A stretch of DNA of 64,000 nt from an uncultured Planctomycetaceae bacterium (lineage in GTDB: Bacteria > Planctomycetota > Planctomycetia > Planctomycetales > Planctomycetaceae), in the NCBI GenBank assembly GCA_963976765.1, contig CAXBME010000001.1, forward strand, positions 248,001-312,000, read 5' to 3'. Below are positions 19,901-29,132 of this stretch, piece by piece. The position numbers were made by a program, and so were the translations under genes. How positions within the stretch are numbered: position 1 is the stretch's first letter; the number at the start of each line of letters is the position of its first letter. The notes under the pieces are model-generated. The model did no database searches, was not told the DNA's origin, and worked only from the letters and a program-made list of their open reading frames with translations.

Positions 19901-21289
19901 GAAGGTGATGATGAAGAAAGCGAGTCGTCTGCGTTCGACGATGGACTGGTGGTTGCCGTGCTTAATCTGTCTGGAAAAGACAGGATCACCGCCACGTATC
20001 ACGATGAACGAACGCCGAAGGGAGCCATTGCCAGTCCGTCGGTGTTGGGGCGGCTTATCTCAAACGGCGAGTTGGCGTCGCTCGATCGTGACTATGACGA
20101 ACCGGTCGAACGGCTGCATGTCGGAGAAAAGTTGTTTCTGATGGTGACGGACGCGGATCAGGATTCATCGGATGCACGGGACACTGTCAGGGTTCAGGTG
20201 ACAACTGAATTCGGTGAGAAAGAGGAATTCGAGCTGATTGAAACACTCGCCCACAGTGGCGTTTTCAATGGATCGTTGATGCTTAAGTCGAACGAAGCTC
20301 CGAAGCCCGGCAACATCAATCTGGCGGAGCCAGCGATCGAGTGCTACTTCGGTGACACGATCACGGTGACCTATCTCGATCCAACGGCAAGTACCCCGGA
20401 AGGTCGACTGGAACGGAACACTCAGCTGCCGGTTGTCATTGGTACGGACGGTTTGATCTCAGCTTTCAGCAAGACTTTCAATAACGAAACGCTGGCCGTT
20501 GAAACGAAGTTTCACGTGGCGGAGAGCTACTTTGAGCTTTTCAAAAGTCACAAGAATCTTGGCCGCAAAGAAGAGGAAACGATCGATCTTGACGCTGGCC
20601 GTCGAGTACTTCGCGAAGTCATTGAGGACTTCCCGGATCCGAAGTATCAGCCGAGGATTCTGTACCTGCTTGGTCAGTTCGCGCAGGAACTCGGAGACAC
20701 GGACGAAGCGACATCCGCATACGAGCAGATTGTTTCGCAGTTTCCGGAGCATCCGCTGGCTGCTGATGCTCAGTACAAGCTCGCCCAGACGTATGAAGAG
20801 TCCGGAGATTTTGACGAGGCTTTGGAAGCGTACGTGACTCTCGCCGCGACTTATCCCAGAAGTCCGTTGATCGCCAACGTCATGATTCGAATCAGTGACC
20901 ATTTTTATAAAAACGAGGAATACCCGATCGCTGCTGAGGTGGGGAAGAAGTTTCTTGAGAAGTTCGAAGGTCACCAGTTCGCGTCTCGAATGGCATTTCG
21001 AGTTGGGCAGTGTTTTTACAAGGCGGAGAAATTCGGAACGGCGGGTGAGTCGTTTGACCTGTTCGCCAAAACGTTTCCTGACGACGAACTCGCAGCCGAC
21101 AGCCTGTTCTGGTCGGGGGAGAGTTTCCGCATGGCCAACAACGATCGTGAAGCATTCCGTCGGTACAATCGCTGCCGCTGGGATTTTCCGGCGAGCGACG
21201 CCGCCAAATATGCACGCGGTCGCCTGGCGTTGCCTGAGATGCTGCGGCAGTTTGAAGCAGAAGCCAACTCTGTCGAGAACGACAACTGA
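13949..21289 (+). CDS. Giant (2446 aa) secreted TPR protein with repeated beta-sandwich, discoidin-like and PA14-like modules
   Basis: Signal peptide; ~1130-aa helical/TPR N-terminus; five DxD...(ET..)SGxF...GDxIxxxYxD-type modules; C-terminal TPRs (ADAQYKLAQTYE, FRVGQCFY, SLFWSGESF). Confidence 0.85.
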   Translation: MKLSLFAASLGFFFALSGAAFAQKAEPIDDVSVEASRLEGEVGKYRDISPEAGEALHKLTSLYYQHGRVFGLVRAAHRFVAAHSTDPRHPDVMLKLMDGLEALSRYQEFTVIARQFLTRYPSRPECANVEERLAYSLEKLDEKLPAAQAYRLRWQREMKPTGREFGVKACLLFSQTGTPGITQEAELAEEMFDKLPKDEFARHIGQRSYDQWRRIREWAKANVVGNKLLKSGLLKDDEERREVLRTMAENYRYLGQHSNAIDVLAQARTIRDDQHALYYHIQAMYDSAAPAAQMEPLVKEYLNEYPDREDRYERIALLGLAWNREKNSEKALKLFKGLLAVSPATHSGASHFVQLNGSEPDNLKESEAALRSAIAACEKNSPQQVWRLRYDLGFTLYRDRMKDVPKAKAILREMLAKSPTNDGHTTNVITWLFTTVESEDEFHSDVDLVLKTRRDYPLWSNLRSYPDAWIKSYRKHKMLADRASYLAAKLDQADADPVMQLVSSIRNRASDAREARIREQLAKPEFFNSFNEETKRSVLYDLGYYYQHYAPGTERSTAANYWARLSQMFPDEFDFRFRYLQVATDYGQPEVAKEAAKLMLSFEPDRSYPDVWRRIAIAADKNEDADLARKAVEYAKKTHAKFLPDYQYWTTLGDSLQRRALEDEAVAVWRTVVDAGASHYEARESASRLLQRMETPEEKSVLAKKLFSLDTDYHGRYAGWLADAQLRSGDLAGFAKTLQETHARRLNRPFRNWDMDIYSLHYMLNNFRTHQQDYRLNKDEENPLDAILKVATVIRDVDYDWPSSQGQLVLLEAESPDARAPMDRHLAWQRVTRTVHPDSTRWDHLMPFAQQAVLRNDYAVGATLLTGMLENITRATDSRKEAGRAMVGQCYTRLGTVGLTIDENSPIAPLLQAALYLRLGDERLAMETYLANSALFDKHRDEVPVDLTTFVCDSLMTASGDENHNKVEDIVRSWIIKNSESKTVEEDLKAQMQFLLAKNYFGSKRYDVARSEYQTVINRYSNTSFAVEAEFGIGETFMAQKVYDQAEKVFEKLAGSQDAEIIVRAEFLRGMLAHRRGDNDEARDIFRTVLERVPNIELANKALFNLSEVYGDEERYMDQLQLLMTVGRLGRVSKRLHAPGMPLSIVVQDSDLGISRGHNRIPVIVRTIPGGDEELVYLTSGGAGKGLFRADIDTELGPVNKGDKVLQLTGNDVIRSDYPDEFKSEFKSVPLSDVEIQIASDARFEVASSKIIDEAEESFSDRLEREARERELGETRQSQQRPANQIKPGNPIYLRVKDGDRDLSDVQDTVVAKLVADSGDQVQVTLTETEPHSGIFEGAAKTGELPAGALASDTAIDHSPLMAIDKSQETFWLSEPDGATPKLLTVDMKNLQTVSRVRIHTPSADENKPVRGELQASYDGEFWYRVAAHPSIPAAPRIGDAEYGPMQYRVYHENGTRFTSWQQILNLAQGEPQSQGAVTDGQLIWQRPDDEEGRSKYYSVVWFGKFVQPRAGAVRFAVRGYRTAIAVNGRLEMEPGEGNRTADVWLDAGVHDLTIFAASFSNTTEMSAVRVRADLNRQRVVLSPFLTGDFDLSGANESLTNTAADAAGEKEITSKDQESEVVLSDKVWEFRFAPINVRFTRFVINEYLGEAVAVNHVEISGSDDSKPYIPTETDVLALSDNDQLEIAGGDVVKATYTDEVTQANSGGSRLIAGQLQATYFNGTVAPIAYDFVRDRNGAVTEVSKQLKRVDPGDRLIVEITDYDRDQSVTRDKLQFEVSVNDGEPVTLTATETEENSGVFTKEVDTAARAEGDRLVVATGDRINIRYLDEQNTFPGHSVPRESVVYVSHPTESRVRILESRVIPAPQGSARPPRYVYQVPDGESEVTNVAFEAPLTIEVIDPDAARDSRSEVIANVTTSDGATVDVRCVVSSAFLNIPREEAEEYALEEGRFIGQIALQLGSKSSPVVVPVTAEMPRGLIGGGKIEGDDEESESSAFDDGLVVAVLNLSGKDRITATYHDERTPKGAIASPSVLGRLISNGELASLDRDYDEPVERLHVGEKLFLMVTDADQDSSDARDTVRVQVTTEFGEKEEFELIETLAHSGVFNGSLMLKSNEAPKPGNINLAEPAIECYFGDTITVTYLDPTASTPEGRLERNTQLPVVIGTDGLISAFSKTFNNETLAVETKFHVAESYFELFKSHKNLGRKEEETIDLDAGRRVLREVIEDFPDPKYQPRILYLLGQFAQELGDTDEATSAYEQIVSQFPEHPLAADAQYKLAQTYEESGDFDEALEAYVTLAATYPRSPLIANVMIRISDHFYKNEEYPIAAEVGKKFLEKFEGHQFASRMAFRVGQCFYKAEKFGTAGESFDLFAKTFPDDELAADSLFWSGESFRMANNDREAFRRYNRCRWDFPASDAAKYARGRLALPEMLRQFEAEANSVENDN

Positions 21290-21366
21290 ATTCAGTTTTT
21301 TCGGTTGATTCTGCCTGCTTTAGTTTGCTTTTACACAACCCTGATTCGCCTGTTTTTGAGTTGCTC

Positions 21367-22281
21367 ATGTCTACGATCGTTTATCTTACGCTACTGCTTG
21401 GTCAGGCACCCGATGCTGCTCTTTCGGAACCAGCATCAGAAGTCGTATCCGCAACTGACGAAGCGAGCGATGAATTGCCCGCCGTTAAAGATGCTGAATC
21501 AACGCCCGACAATGACACCATGAATGGTGACAGCGATAGCTCGACAGAGATTGAAGAGGGTTCTGGATTGATCGCCAGGCTTGATGAGATCTCTCAGTCC
21601 GGAGCGATTGGTTTTCTCAGAAAAGGTGGTCTGTTCATGTGGCCGATCCTGTTTCTTGGAATCCTGGCTGCCGGTGTAATGATCGAACGTTACCGCAGCC
21701 TGAAAATGCTGACATCGGATTCCGGTTCGATCCGTGCCGACGTGCAACAGCTTCTTCGTGAAGATCGCATCGAAGAAGCGATGCAACTTTGCGACAGCTC
21801 ACAGGGACCAGTTCCAGCAATCCTGTCTGCTGGACTTCGCAAATTTCTGGTGCTGCGTCGTCTCAATTATGATCCCGCAAAGATCGAGGAGCAGGTCGTC
21901 AAAGCGATGGATGATTACGGAGTCCACGTTGTTGCTGCTCTCGAAAAACACCTTCCAGTTCTCGCAACAGTATCCAGCGTCGCTCCGATGCTGGGGTTCC
22001 TCGGGACGGTCGCCGGAATGGTTACTTCGTTCGAAGAGATCGTGGCGAGGATGGGCGAGACAAATATTGTCGAAGCCGCAGCAGGAGGGATCAGTGTGGC
22101 GTTGCTGACGACCGCTTTCGGATTGATCATCGGCATTCCCGCATTCATGGCCTTCAACTATTTCTCAAGCGTGATCAATCGATTTGTGCTGGAGATTGAA
22201 GAGTCAGCGACAGATTTGATTGAGTCGGTGACTCTGCAACTTGCTTTGCAGAGGAGCACCGAGCAGCCGGCATCGATGTAG
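21367..22281 (+). CDS. MotA/TolQ/ExbB proton channel family protein
   Basis: GGLFMWPI, APMLGFLGTVAGMV and GGISVALLTTAFGLIIGIPA motifs; acidic N-terminal extension. Confidence 0.93.
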   Translation: MSTIVYLTLLLGQAPDAALSEPASEVVSATDEASDELPAVKDAESTPDNDTMNGDSDSSTEIEEGSGLIARLDEISQSGAIGFLRKGGLFMWPILFLGILAAGVMIERYRSLKMLTSDSGSIRADVQQLLREDRIEEAMQLCDSSQGPVPAILSAGLRKFLVLRRLNYDPAKIEEQVVKAMDDYGVHVVAALEKHLPVLATVSSVAPMLGFLGTVAGMVTSFEEIVARMGETNIVEAAAGGISVALLTTAFGLIIGIPAFMAFNYFSSVINRFVLEIEESATDLIESVTLQLALQRSTEQPASM

Positions 22282-22348
22282 TTGAAGCAGCGACAACTCG
22301 AACGGTTTATCCCCTTTCTTTTGGCAGAGTCTTTCGGAGCGTCTCGGT

Positions 22349-23365
22349 ATGCCTGTTCTTCAATCGTTGATCGCGTTGGCAATTCTGATTTTCTCGCAGG
22401 CTGCATCCGCTGAGGCTGAGCCTGCCAGAGCGCTGCCGGACCTGACAAAAGTCGACGTCAGGAGTTCGCTCGACGATGAGCAGCAGCCGGTCCTGTACTG
22501 GGCTCCTGAGAAAGCTCGTCAGGAAGCGACTCCGTTGTTCGTCTTCCTTCATTCGTGGAGCGGTGATTATCGGCAGGACAATTCCAAGTGGCAGGCGGAA
22601 GCCGTAAAGCGAGGGTGGATCTATCTGCATCCAAACTTTCGAGGCGTGAACGAAACGCCCAGAGCCTGCGGTTCCCGATGGGCTCGTCAGGACATTCTGG
22701 ATGCCATCGACTTTGCGACGAACGAATTCAATGTCGACCCGGTGAGAATCTATCTCGCAGGCACTTCGGGCGGTGGTCACATGGCGATGCTGATGGCCGG
22801 GCACCATCCGGATCGGTTTTCAGCTGTGTCGGCCTGGGTGGGAATCAGCGATCTCTCGGCGTGGTACGACTTTCACGTCAAAGACGGCAAGCCGCAAAAG
22901 TATGCACGAATGATTCTGTCGTCGCTTGGTGGTGCTCCGGGCAGCACGAATCTGATCGATGCGGATTACAAAGATCGATCGCCGATTCATCATCTGCATC
23001 GTGCCGTCGACGTTCCCATTCAGATTTGCGCCGGAATCAATGACGGGCATTCCGGCTCGGTGCCTGTTACGCATTCACTCAACGCGTTTAACGAGATTGC
23101 TCGCGCTCAGAATGCAGAAGTGATTCCGGGCTCGGTGGTGTCAGACCTCAGACATCGAAAAGCCATCGCAGAGTTCGCGCCGCTGGATGCCAGCATCGCG
23201 GCAGCGTTTGGACGCAAAATTGTTTTTCACCAATCGACACAGACTGCGACCGTGGTCATCTTTGATGGCGGGCACGAGGGGCTGACGTTACCGGCCTGTG
23301 ACTGGCTGAGTCGACAGACACGAGCAGCCCGAGTGAGTCTGATCCAGGTCAGAGGTGATCGGTAA
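22349..23365 (+). CDS. Secreted alpha/beta hydrolase (prolyl oligopeptidase-like)
   Basis: Signal peptide, LHSWS, GTSGGG nucleophile elbow and FDGGHE. Confidence 0.85.
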   Translation: MPVLQSLIALAILIFSQAASAEAEPARALPDLTKVDVRSSLDDEQQPVLYWAPEKARQEATPLFVFLHSWSGDYRQDNSKWQAEAVKRGWIYLHPNFRGVNETPRACGSRWARQDILDAIDFATNEFNVDPVRIYLAGTSGGGHMAMLMAGHHPDRFSAVSAWVGISDLSAWYDFHVKDGKPQKYARMILSSLGGAPGSTNLIDADYKDRSPIHHLHRAVDVPIQICAGINDGHSGSVPVTHSLNAFNEIARAQNAEVIPGSVVSDLRHRKAIAEFAPLDASIAAAFGRKIVFHQSTQTATVVIFDGGHEGLTLPACDWLSRQTRAARVSLIQVRGDR

Positions 23366-23645
23366 GATCCCTGTTCGACTGGCAATTTCCGTCGCGTACG
23401 AGTCAATCGTAATGTGCACGTAAGTGCCAACGACGAGCCGGTTTCGCTCAATGGGAATTGCATTGACACTTGCTCCAACGCATGAAGTTCTGTACCGTTC
23501 GCTTCTTCTCGTGGTGTCTGGGGGCCGGCATTTTTCGAGCGCTGAATTCCGCTTGTGTAGAGCGGCAACCGTAGGGCAGTTGATTTTCAGCGCGCGTCGT
23601 GGGTAATTCCAGGCACTCAACAACTTCTACAGCGAGGGCATCGCA

Positions 23646-24257
23646 ATGAGTAGTGAGAGTACGAAGCTGGCGACATTGACTCCCCGGCAGAGGGACATTT
23701 TCGAGTTCCTCAAGGACAAGATTCTTAATCGAGGATATGGTCCGACGGTTCGAGAAATCGGAAATGAGTTTGGAATTCGCTCTCCAAATGGCGTGATGTG
23801 TCACTTGAAGGCACTGGAAAAGAAGGGACTGATTTCTCGCGAGTCTCACATGTCACGGGCGATTCAGCTTTCCGACAAACCGACACGGGCGACCAGTATT
23901 GCCATGCTCGGGCAGATTTCGTCTGGCAACCCACTGAAGTCTGCGAAGGAAGGCGAAGTTGTCGACTTCATGGATGTCTTTGGAACCGGCGATCATGCCT
24001 GCGTAAAGATCAGCGACGACTCCTTCTCGAAAGACGGCATCGAAAACGGCGATTTTGTCGTTGTTCGCAAGCAGGAAACGTGCCGTGATGGCGACAGTGT
24101 TCTGGCGCTGGTTAACGGTCGTGACGCCGTGATCCGCCGATACTTTTCCGATGCCAAAGGCGTTCGCCTTGAGCCTCTGACGTCCAGCCGAAAGGCTGTC
24201 CATTCGGCGAATGTGACGGTGCTGGGAATTGTCGTTGGAGTGGTTCGAAAGCTCTAG
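23646..24257 (+). CDS. lexA: LexA-family repressor with degenerate autoprotease motifs
   Basis: LTPRQRDIFEFL, GYGPTVREIG and HLKALEKKGLI winged HTH; S24-like C-terminal domain (GIENGDFVVV, VLGIVVGVVR). Confidence 0.88.
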   Translation: MSSESTKLATLTPRQRDIFEFLKDKILNRGYGPTVREIGNEFGIRSPNGVMCHLKALEKKGLISRESHMSRAIQLSDKPTRATSIAMLGQISSGNPLKSAKEGEVVDFMDVFGTGDHACVKISDDSFSKDGIENGDFVVVRKQETCRDGDSVLALVNGRDAVIRRYFSDAKGVRLEPLTSSRKAVHSANVTVLGIVVGVVRKL

Positions 24258-24874
24258 AGCATCTACTGGCTTCTGTGCAGGAGCAGTTCGGGAATTGGAC
24301 TTCGATCGCAAAGGTGCCGTTCCCGTAGAACTCTGTAAGCCGATTCTGAAAATGTTCCAGTTAATCTGAGAGCAAATCTCGACCTGCAAGTACCGAGCAA
24401 TGTCAGACTTCCGACACGAGTCTGACACTCTCGGTCTGTGGGGTGGGGACTTCGAATCGCGGTGCTGCCTGATCTGGTCGTCAAAAGAGCAGATTCAAAA
24501 CGACAGAAGATGGCTGCTTCGTAACTGTTGCCGGGACGCAGTTCGGCACATGGCGTCAACCTGAAAATTCGCCTCTTGCGAGTCTTGATTTCAGTCGTGA
24601 AATGCCGCGTGATGGCTCGTGACGAGTCTCCGCGAGACGTTGATTACCACCGCCGCCCTAACATCCAGCAATAGGTCGTGAAGTTTAAGGCGGACGCTGC
24701 TACAAATCGCTCAGAAGATGTCGTCCCGAATGCCAACTCTCACATTTCGGACGGTTGAGTCCTGGCAGGATCGCCGCGGGGCAGAAGCGCGACAACACTA
24801 GAGCATCGTTACGGACCGTTGTCGCGCCCGGATTCTGTCACGATCGATGCAGTACGGTAAGGAAAGACCGAGCG

Positions 24875-26389
24875 ATGAATACGAATCTACAAGCCGCTGG
24901 AGTTGAGTTGGATTTTTCGCGACTGGAATTGCCAGCCGACCTGGCTGATCGATACCAGGATGCCGTCGACAAAGCTGTCTCAGAAATGGTGGCAGTTGAG
25001 GCTGGCGAGAACGTCAACACCGACGAAGGGCGAATGGTCGGGCATTACTGGTTGAGGAATCCGGAACTGGCTCCGGGGGAACTCGGCGCCACGATTACAG
25101 CGACGCAGGACAGCATCAACGATTTCGCTCGTGATGTCTTCACAGGTCGATTCACCAGTATTCTGTGGATCGGGATTGGAGGCTCAGGTCTCGGCCCACA
25201 ATTACTTTACGATTCGCTGCGCGTGCCTGGCGTCACTCCGAATATGTTTTTCTTCGACAACACGGATCCGTTCGGTTTTCAGCGAACGCTTGGTGATATC
25301 GAACAGGCTGGCGGCCTGGACCGAACGTTGACGGTTATTGTTTCGAAGTCAGGAGGCACCAAGGAAACGGCGAACGGCATGAAGTTTGCCAAAGCCGCCT
25401 ATGAGAAAGCCGGACTGTCCTTTGAGGATCATGCGGCTGCTGTTACTCAGCCGGACAGCGCACTGGACAAACTGGCGGGGCCGGAAGCGGCCGGAGATCT
25501 AAAGACGGCCGGACCGCAGTGGCTCAAACGGTTCGCGATCTGGGACTGGGTCGGCGGTCGAACGTCTCTGTTTTCCGCCGTTGGACTGCTTCCAGCGGCG
25601 CTGCTTGGATTTGACTCGAAGGCGTTCCTGGCCGGCGCTCGCGAGATGGACGAAGCGACTCGTGTCGCGTCTCTGCAATCGAATCCGGCTTTGAAGCTGG
25701 CGACTGCCTGGTTTCACGTGGTCGAGCACCAATCACTTCGCAACATGGTCGTGCTTCCGTATTGTGACCGAATCTGCCTGATGTCGAAGTATCTTCAGCA
25801 GCTGGTGATGGAGTCTGTCGGCAAAAACGGTAAAGGGATTTCAGTCTTCGGCAACAAAGGTTCGACTGACCAGCACTCCTACGTTCAACAATTGCGGGAC
25901 GGCTACAAAGACTTCTTTGCGATGTTTCTGCGAGTGCTGGATCCGGAAGTCGATGAAATGGAAGTCGAACCAGGAGTGACAGCTGGTGATTATCTGATGG
26001 CTTTTCAGGAAGGCACGGCGAAGGCACTTACTGAAACCGGTCGACCATCAATGAGGATCACCGTCGAGCGGTTCAACGAGCATACCCTCGGAGCGCTGAT
26101 CGGTCTCTTCGAGCGGGCTGTCGGTTATTACGGTGCCATGCTGGGCATCAATTCGTACCATCAGCCGGGAGTCGAGGCTGGTAAGACTGCCGCAGGCGAA
26201 TTGCTGGTCGCTCAACAGGCTGTGATGAAACATCTTCCGGTTGAGGCTGCTGAGCTTGTTCAGGATGACCAGCGAATGCGCGAGTTCGCTGGTCAGGTCA
26301 GAATGGAAGAAGGGCTCGACGCATTAACTGACGACTTTGTTGCCGATTTGCTCAAGCGTTTTGCCGCCTGCGGGCGACTCGCCAGGTAA
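24875..26389 (+). CDS. pgi: Glucose-6-phosphate isomerase
   Basis: EGRMVGHYWLR, IGIGGSGLGP, SKSGGTKET, WVGGRTS, QQLVMES, GSTDQH and QPGVEAGK motifs; ATG 24875. Confidence 0.96.
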   Translation: MNTNLQAAGVELDFSRLELPADLADRYQDAVDKAVSEMVAVEAGENVNTDEGRMVGHYWLRNPELAPGELGATITATQDSINDFARDVFTGRFTSILWIGIGGSGLGPQLLYDSLRVPGVTPNMFFFDNTDPFGFQRTLGDIEQAGGLDRTLTVIVSKSGGTKETANGMKFAKAAYEKAGLSFEDHAAAVTQPDSALDKLAGPEAAGDLKTAGPQWLKRFAIWDWVGGRTSLFSAVGLLPAALLGFDSKAFLAGAREMDEATRVASLQSNPALKLATAWFHVVEHQSLRNMVVLPYCDRICLMSKYLQQLVMESVGKNGKGISVFGNKGSTDQHSYVQQLRDGYKDFFAMFLRVLDPEVDEMEVEPGVTAGDYLMAFQEGTAKALTETGRPSMRITVERFNEHTLGALIGLFERAVGYYGAMLGINSYHQPGVEAGKTAAGELLVAQQAVMKHLPVEAAELVQDDQRMREFAGQVRMEEGLDALTDDFVADLLKRFAACGRLAR

Positions 26390-26503
26390 GGTCAGGACCG
26401 ACAAATCGTACTCGGGGCATCCTGGCAGGATTGATAATTTTGCCGAAGTGATTTCCGGGATTTCACTACAGCTCTACTCTGTTTGGTCAATTGAGAAACT
26501 CAC

Positions 26504-29020
26504 ATGACAGCAAGCGTCGATACACAGTCATCACCTGGTCAGGATGCCGTACCTGCAACCGAGGGCATCTCCCCGGAGGCTGCTCAGGCAGTTCTCGGAA
26601 GCCTGGATCGTGAAGTCGCGAGACATCTCGCGTTGACTCTTGGGCACGACGATTCGAAATTCGCCCCGGAATACCTGTATCGCGCACTGGCGACGGCGGT
26701 GCGAGATCGTCTGATTCGAGACTGGCGCGTAACGCACACACGCTTCGCAGCGAGTGATCAGAAAAAAGTTTACTACCTGTCGCTCGAATTTCTGATCGGT
26801 CGATCGTTGACGAACGCCGTCGCCAACCTTGACCTCGATCAGGATACTCAAGCCGCGTTGCATGATTACGGCGTTACACTCGAAGAACTCGCCGAACAGG
26901 AACACGACGCCGGCCTGGGCAACGGCGGGCTGGGACGGCTGGCCGCTTGCTTTCTGGATAGCTGCGCGAATCTGCAACTGCCTGTGGTTGGCTACGGCTT
27001 GCGGTATGAATACGGAATGTTTCACCAGCAGATCGAAAACGGCCAGCAGGTTGAAAATCCCGATCATTGGTTGAGAAACGGAAATCCGTGGGAGCTGGAA
27101 CGCTCAGAAGACGCTCGGCGAGTCCACTTTTACGGACACACGGAACACTATCGTGATCAGGATGGCTTGCCGCGAGTGCGATGGGCGAATGGCAATGACG
27201 TCCTGGCAATTCCGTTTGACATGCCGGTTCCTGGTTACAGAAACGGTACGGTTAACTCACTGCGTCTGTGGAAAGCCTGCGCGACGGACGAGTTCGATCT
27301 GGAAGAGTTTAACGCAGGAAGTTATCCGGAAGCGGTGGCGGCCAAGAATCAGGCCGAACAGATCACGATGGTTCTCTACCCGAACGATGCCAGTGAAAAT
27401 GGAAAAGAGCTTCGGTTGAAGCAGCAGTATTTTCTCGTCTCGGCGAGTTTGCAGGATGTCATCGCTCAATGGGTCGCAAAGCACGGCGAGGACTTTACCG
27501 GTTTCGGTAAAAGCAACTGCTTTCAGCTGAACGACACGCATCCTGCATGTGCCGTCCCGGAACTGATGCGTCTGCTGATGGATGAGCACGGATTGTCCTG
27601 GGGTGACAGCTGGAGCATTACAACTCAGTGCATGGCCTACACGAATCACACACTGTTGCCTGAAGCGCTGGAACGCTGGTCGGTTGGACTGTTCAGTCGC
27701 CTGTTGCCGCGATTGCTGGAGATCATTTATGAGATCAACTCGCGGTTCCTGGCTCATATTGCCGAACACTTTCCAAATGATCCAGGGATTCTTTCACGCA
27801 TGTCGCTGATTGAAGACGGCGAGCACCCTCACATCCGCATGGCTTACCTGGCAATCGTTGGCAGTTTCTCGGTAAACGGAGTGGCGGGCCTGCACACCGA
27901 ACTGCTCAAGCAGGGACTGTTCGGTGATTTCAACTCGCTGTGGCCAGAGAAGTTCAACAATAAAACAAACGGCGTCACGCAGCGGCGCTGGCTGGCTCAC
28001 TGCAATCCGGGATTGCGGAATCTGCTCAATGAAACGATTGGCGATGGCTGGCAGAAAGACCTCAGTCGGATTTCTGAACTTGCTCCGTACGCCGAACAAA
28101 GTGCGTTCCGGGATAAGTGGCGAGAGGTAAAACAGTCTAACAAACGCCGATTGATTCAACTGGTTGACCGGGAAACCGGAGTGCAGTTCAGCGAGTCGGC
28201 AATGTTTGACGTTCAGGTAAAGCGAATTCACGAGTACAAGCGACAGCTCCTTAACGTGTTGCACGCGATTCATCTCTACGATCGCATTCTGGAAGGGAAG
28301 ACCGAAGGCATGGTGCCTCGGTGTATCCTGATTGGTGGAAAAGCCGCACCAGGTTATCACGTCGCGAAGTTGATCGTTCATTTGATCAACAACGTATCGC
28401 AGGTCATCAACAAGGATGCGCGAGCAGACGAACTTCTCAAAGTCGTGTTCATCCCGAACTACCGGGTCTCGGCGATGGAAGTTATCTGTCCTGCCGCTGA
28501 GTTGTCCGAGCAGATTTCCACAGCCGGAAAAGAAGCGTCCGGCACGGGCAATATGAAATTCATGATGAACGGCGCTTTGACGATTGGGACACTCGACGGC
28601 GCCAATATCGAAATTCGCGAGCAGGCCGGTGATGAGAATTTCTTCCTGTTTGGATTAGATGCGGCCGAAGTCGCGGAGACTCGCAAGACCTATCAGCCGA
28701 ACGAGATCATCGCGAACGATCCTGAGATCACACGAGTTATGCAGTTGCTGGAAGGTGGGATGTTTAACGAATCGCAGCCTGGCGTTTTCAGTATGCTGAC
28801 TGCTGGACTGCGCAATCCGCATGATCCCTGGCTGACGATCGCTGATTTCCGCAGCTTCATCGACGCTCAGAAACAAGTGAACGACGTTTACCAGGATCAG
28901 GATCGCTGGAACACGATGAGCATCCTGAATACCGCAGCCAGCGGCTGGTTCTCCAGTGACCGTACGATTAGCCAGTACGCAGATGAGATCTGGAATGTGA
29001 AACCGCTCGGGCAGGCATGA
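26504..29020 (+). CDS. glgP: Glycogen/starch phosphorylase
   Basis: YLSLEFLIGR, LGNGGLGRLAACF, QLNDTHP, VKRIHEYKRQ and EASGTGNMKF (PLP lysine) motifs. Confidence 0.98.
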   Translation: MTASVDTQSSPGQDAVPATEGISPEAAQAVLGSLDREVARHLALTLGHDDSKFAPEYLYRALATAVRDRLIRDWRVTHTRFAASDQKKVYYLSLEFLIGRSLTNAVANLDLDQDTQAALHDYGVTLEELAEQEHDAGLGNGGLGRLAACFLDSCANLQLPVVGYGLRYEYGMFHQQIENGQQVENPDHWLRNGNPWELERSEDARRVHFYGHTEHYRDQDGLPRVRWANGNDVLAIPFDMPVPGYRNGTVNSLRLWKACATDEFDLEEFNAGSYPEAVAAKNQAEQITMVLYPNDASENGKELRLKQQYFLVSASLQDVIAQWVAKHGEDFTGFGKSNCFQLNDTHPACAVPELMRLLMDEHGLSWGDSWSITTQCMAYTNHTLLPEALERWSVGLFSRLLPRLLEIIYEINSRFLAHIAEHFPNDPGILSRMSLIEDGEHPHIRMAYLAIVGSFSVNGVAGLHTELLKQGLFGDFNSLWPEKFNNKTNGVTQRRWLAHCNPGLRNLLNETIGDGWQKDLSRISELAPYAEQSAFRDKWREVKQSNKRRLIQLVDRETGVQFSESAMFDVQVKRIHEYKRQLLNVLHAIHLYDRILEGKTEGMVPRCILIGGKAAPGYHVAKLIVHLINNVSQVINKDARADELLKVVFIPNYRVSAMEVICPAAELSEQISTAGKEASGTGNMKFMMNGALTIGTLDGANIEIREQAGDENFFLFGLDAAEVAETRKTYQPNEIIANDPEITRVMQLLEGGMFNESQPGVFSMLTAGLRNPHDPWLTIADFRSFIDAQKQVNDVYQDQDRWNTMSILNTAASGWFSSDRTISQYADEIWNVKPLGQA

Positions 29021-29132
29021 TTGGTCACGTACGGCACGTACCAGAAAACGGCGAGTTCAGCCAGGCGTCGGACAGGTTGAAATTTATCTGCCTGCTACTT
29101 TGAGGCGGCCAAATCCTCATCTGCTGCAGGTC

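Noticed and set aside
23463..23495. TTGACA upstream of lexA as a promoter
   Set aside because: No credible -10 element at the proper spacing.
24401..24427. 9-bp inverted repeat tgtcagact/agtctgaca as a LexA box or terminator
   Set aside because: Downstream of lexA, no second copy noticed and no U-tract.
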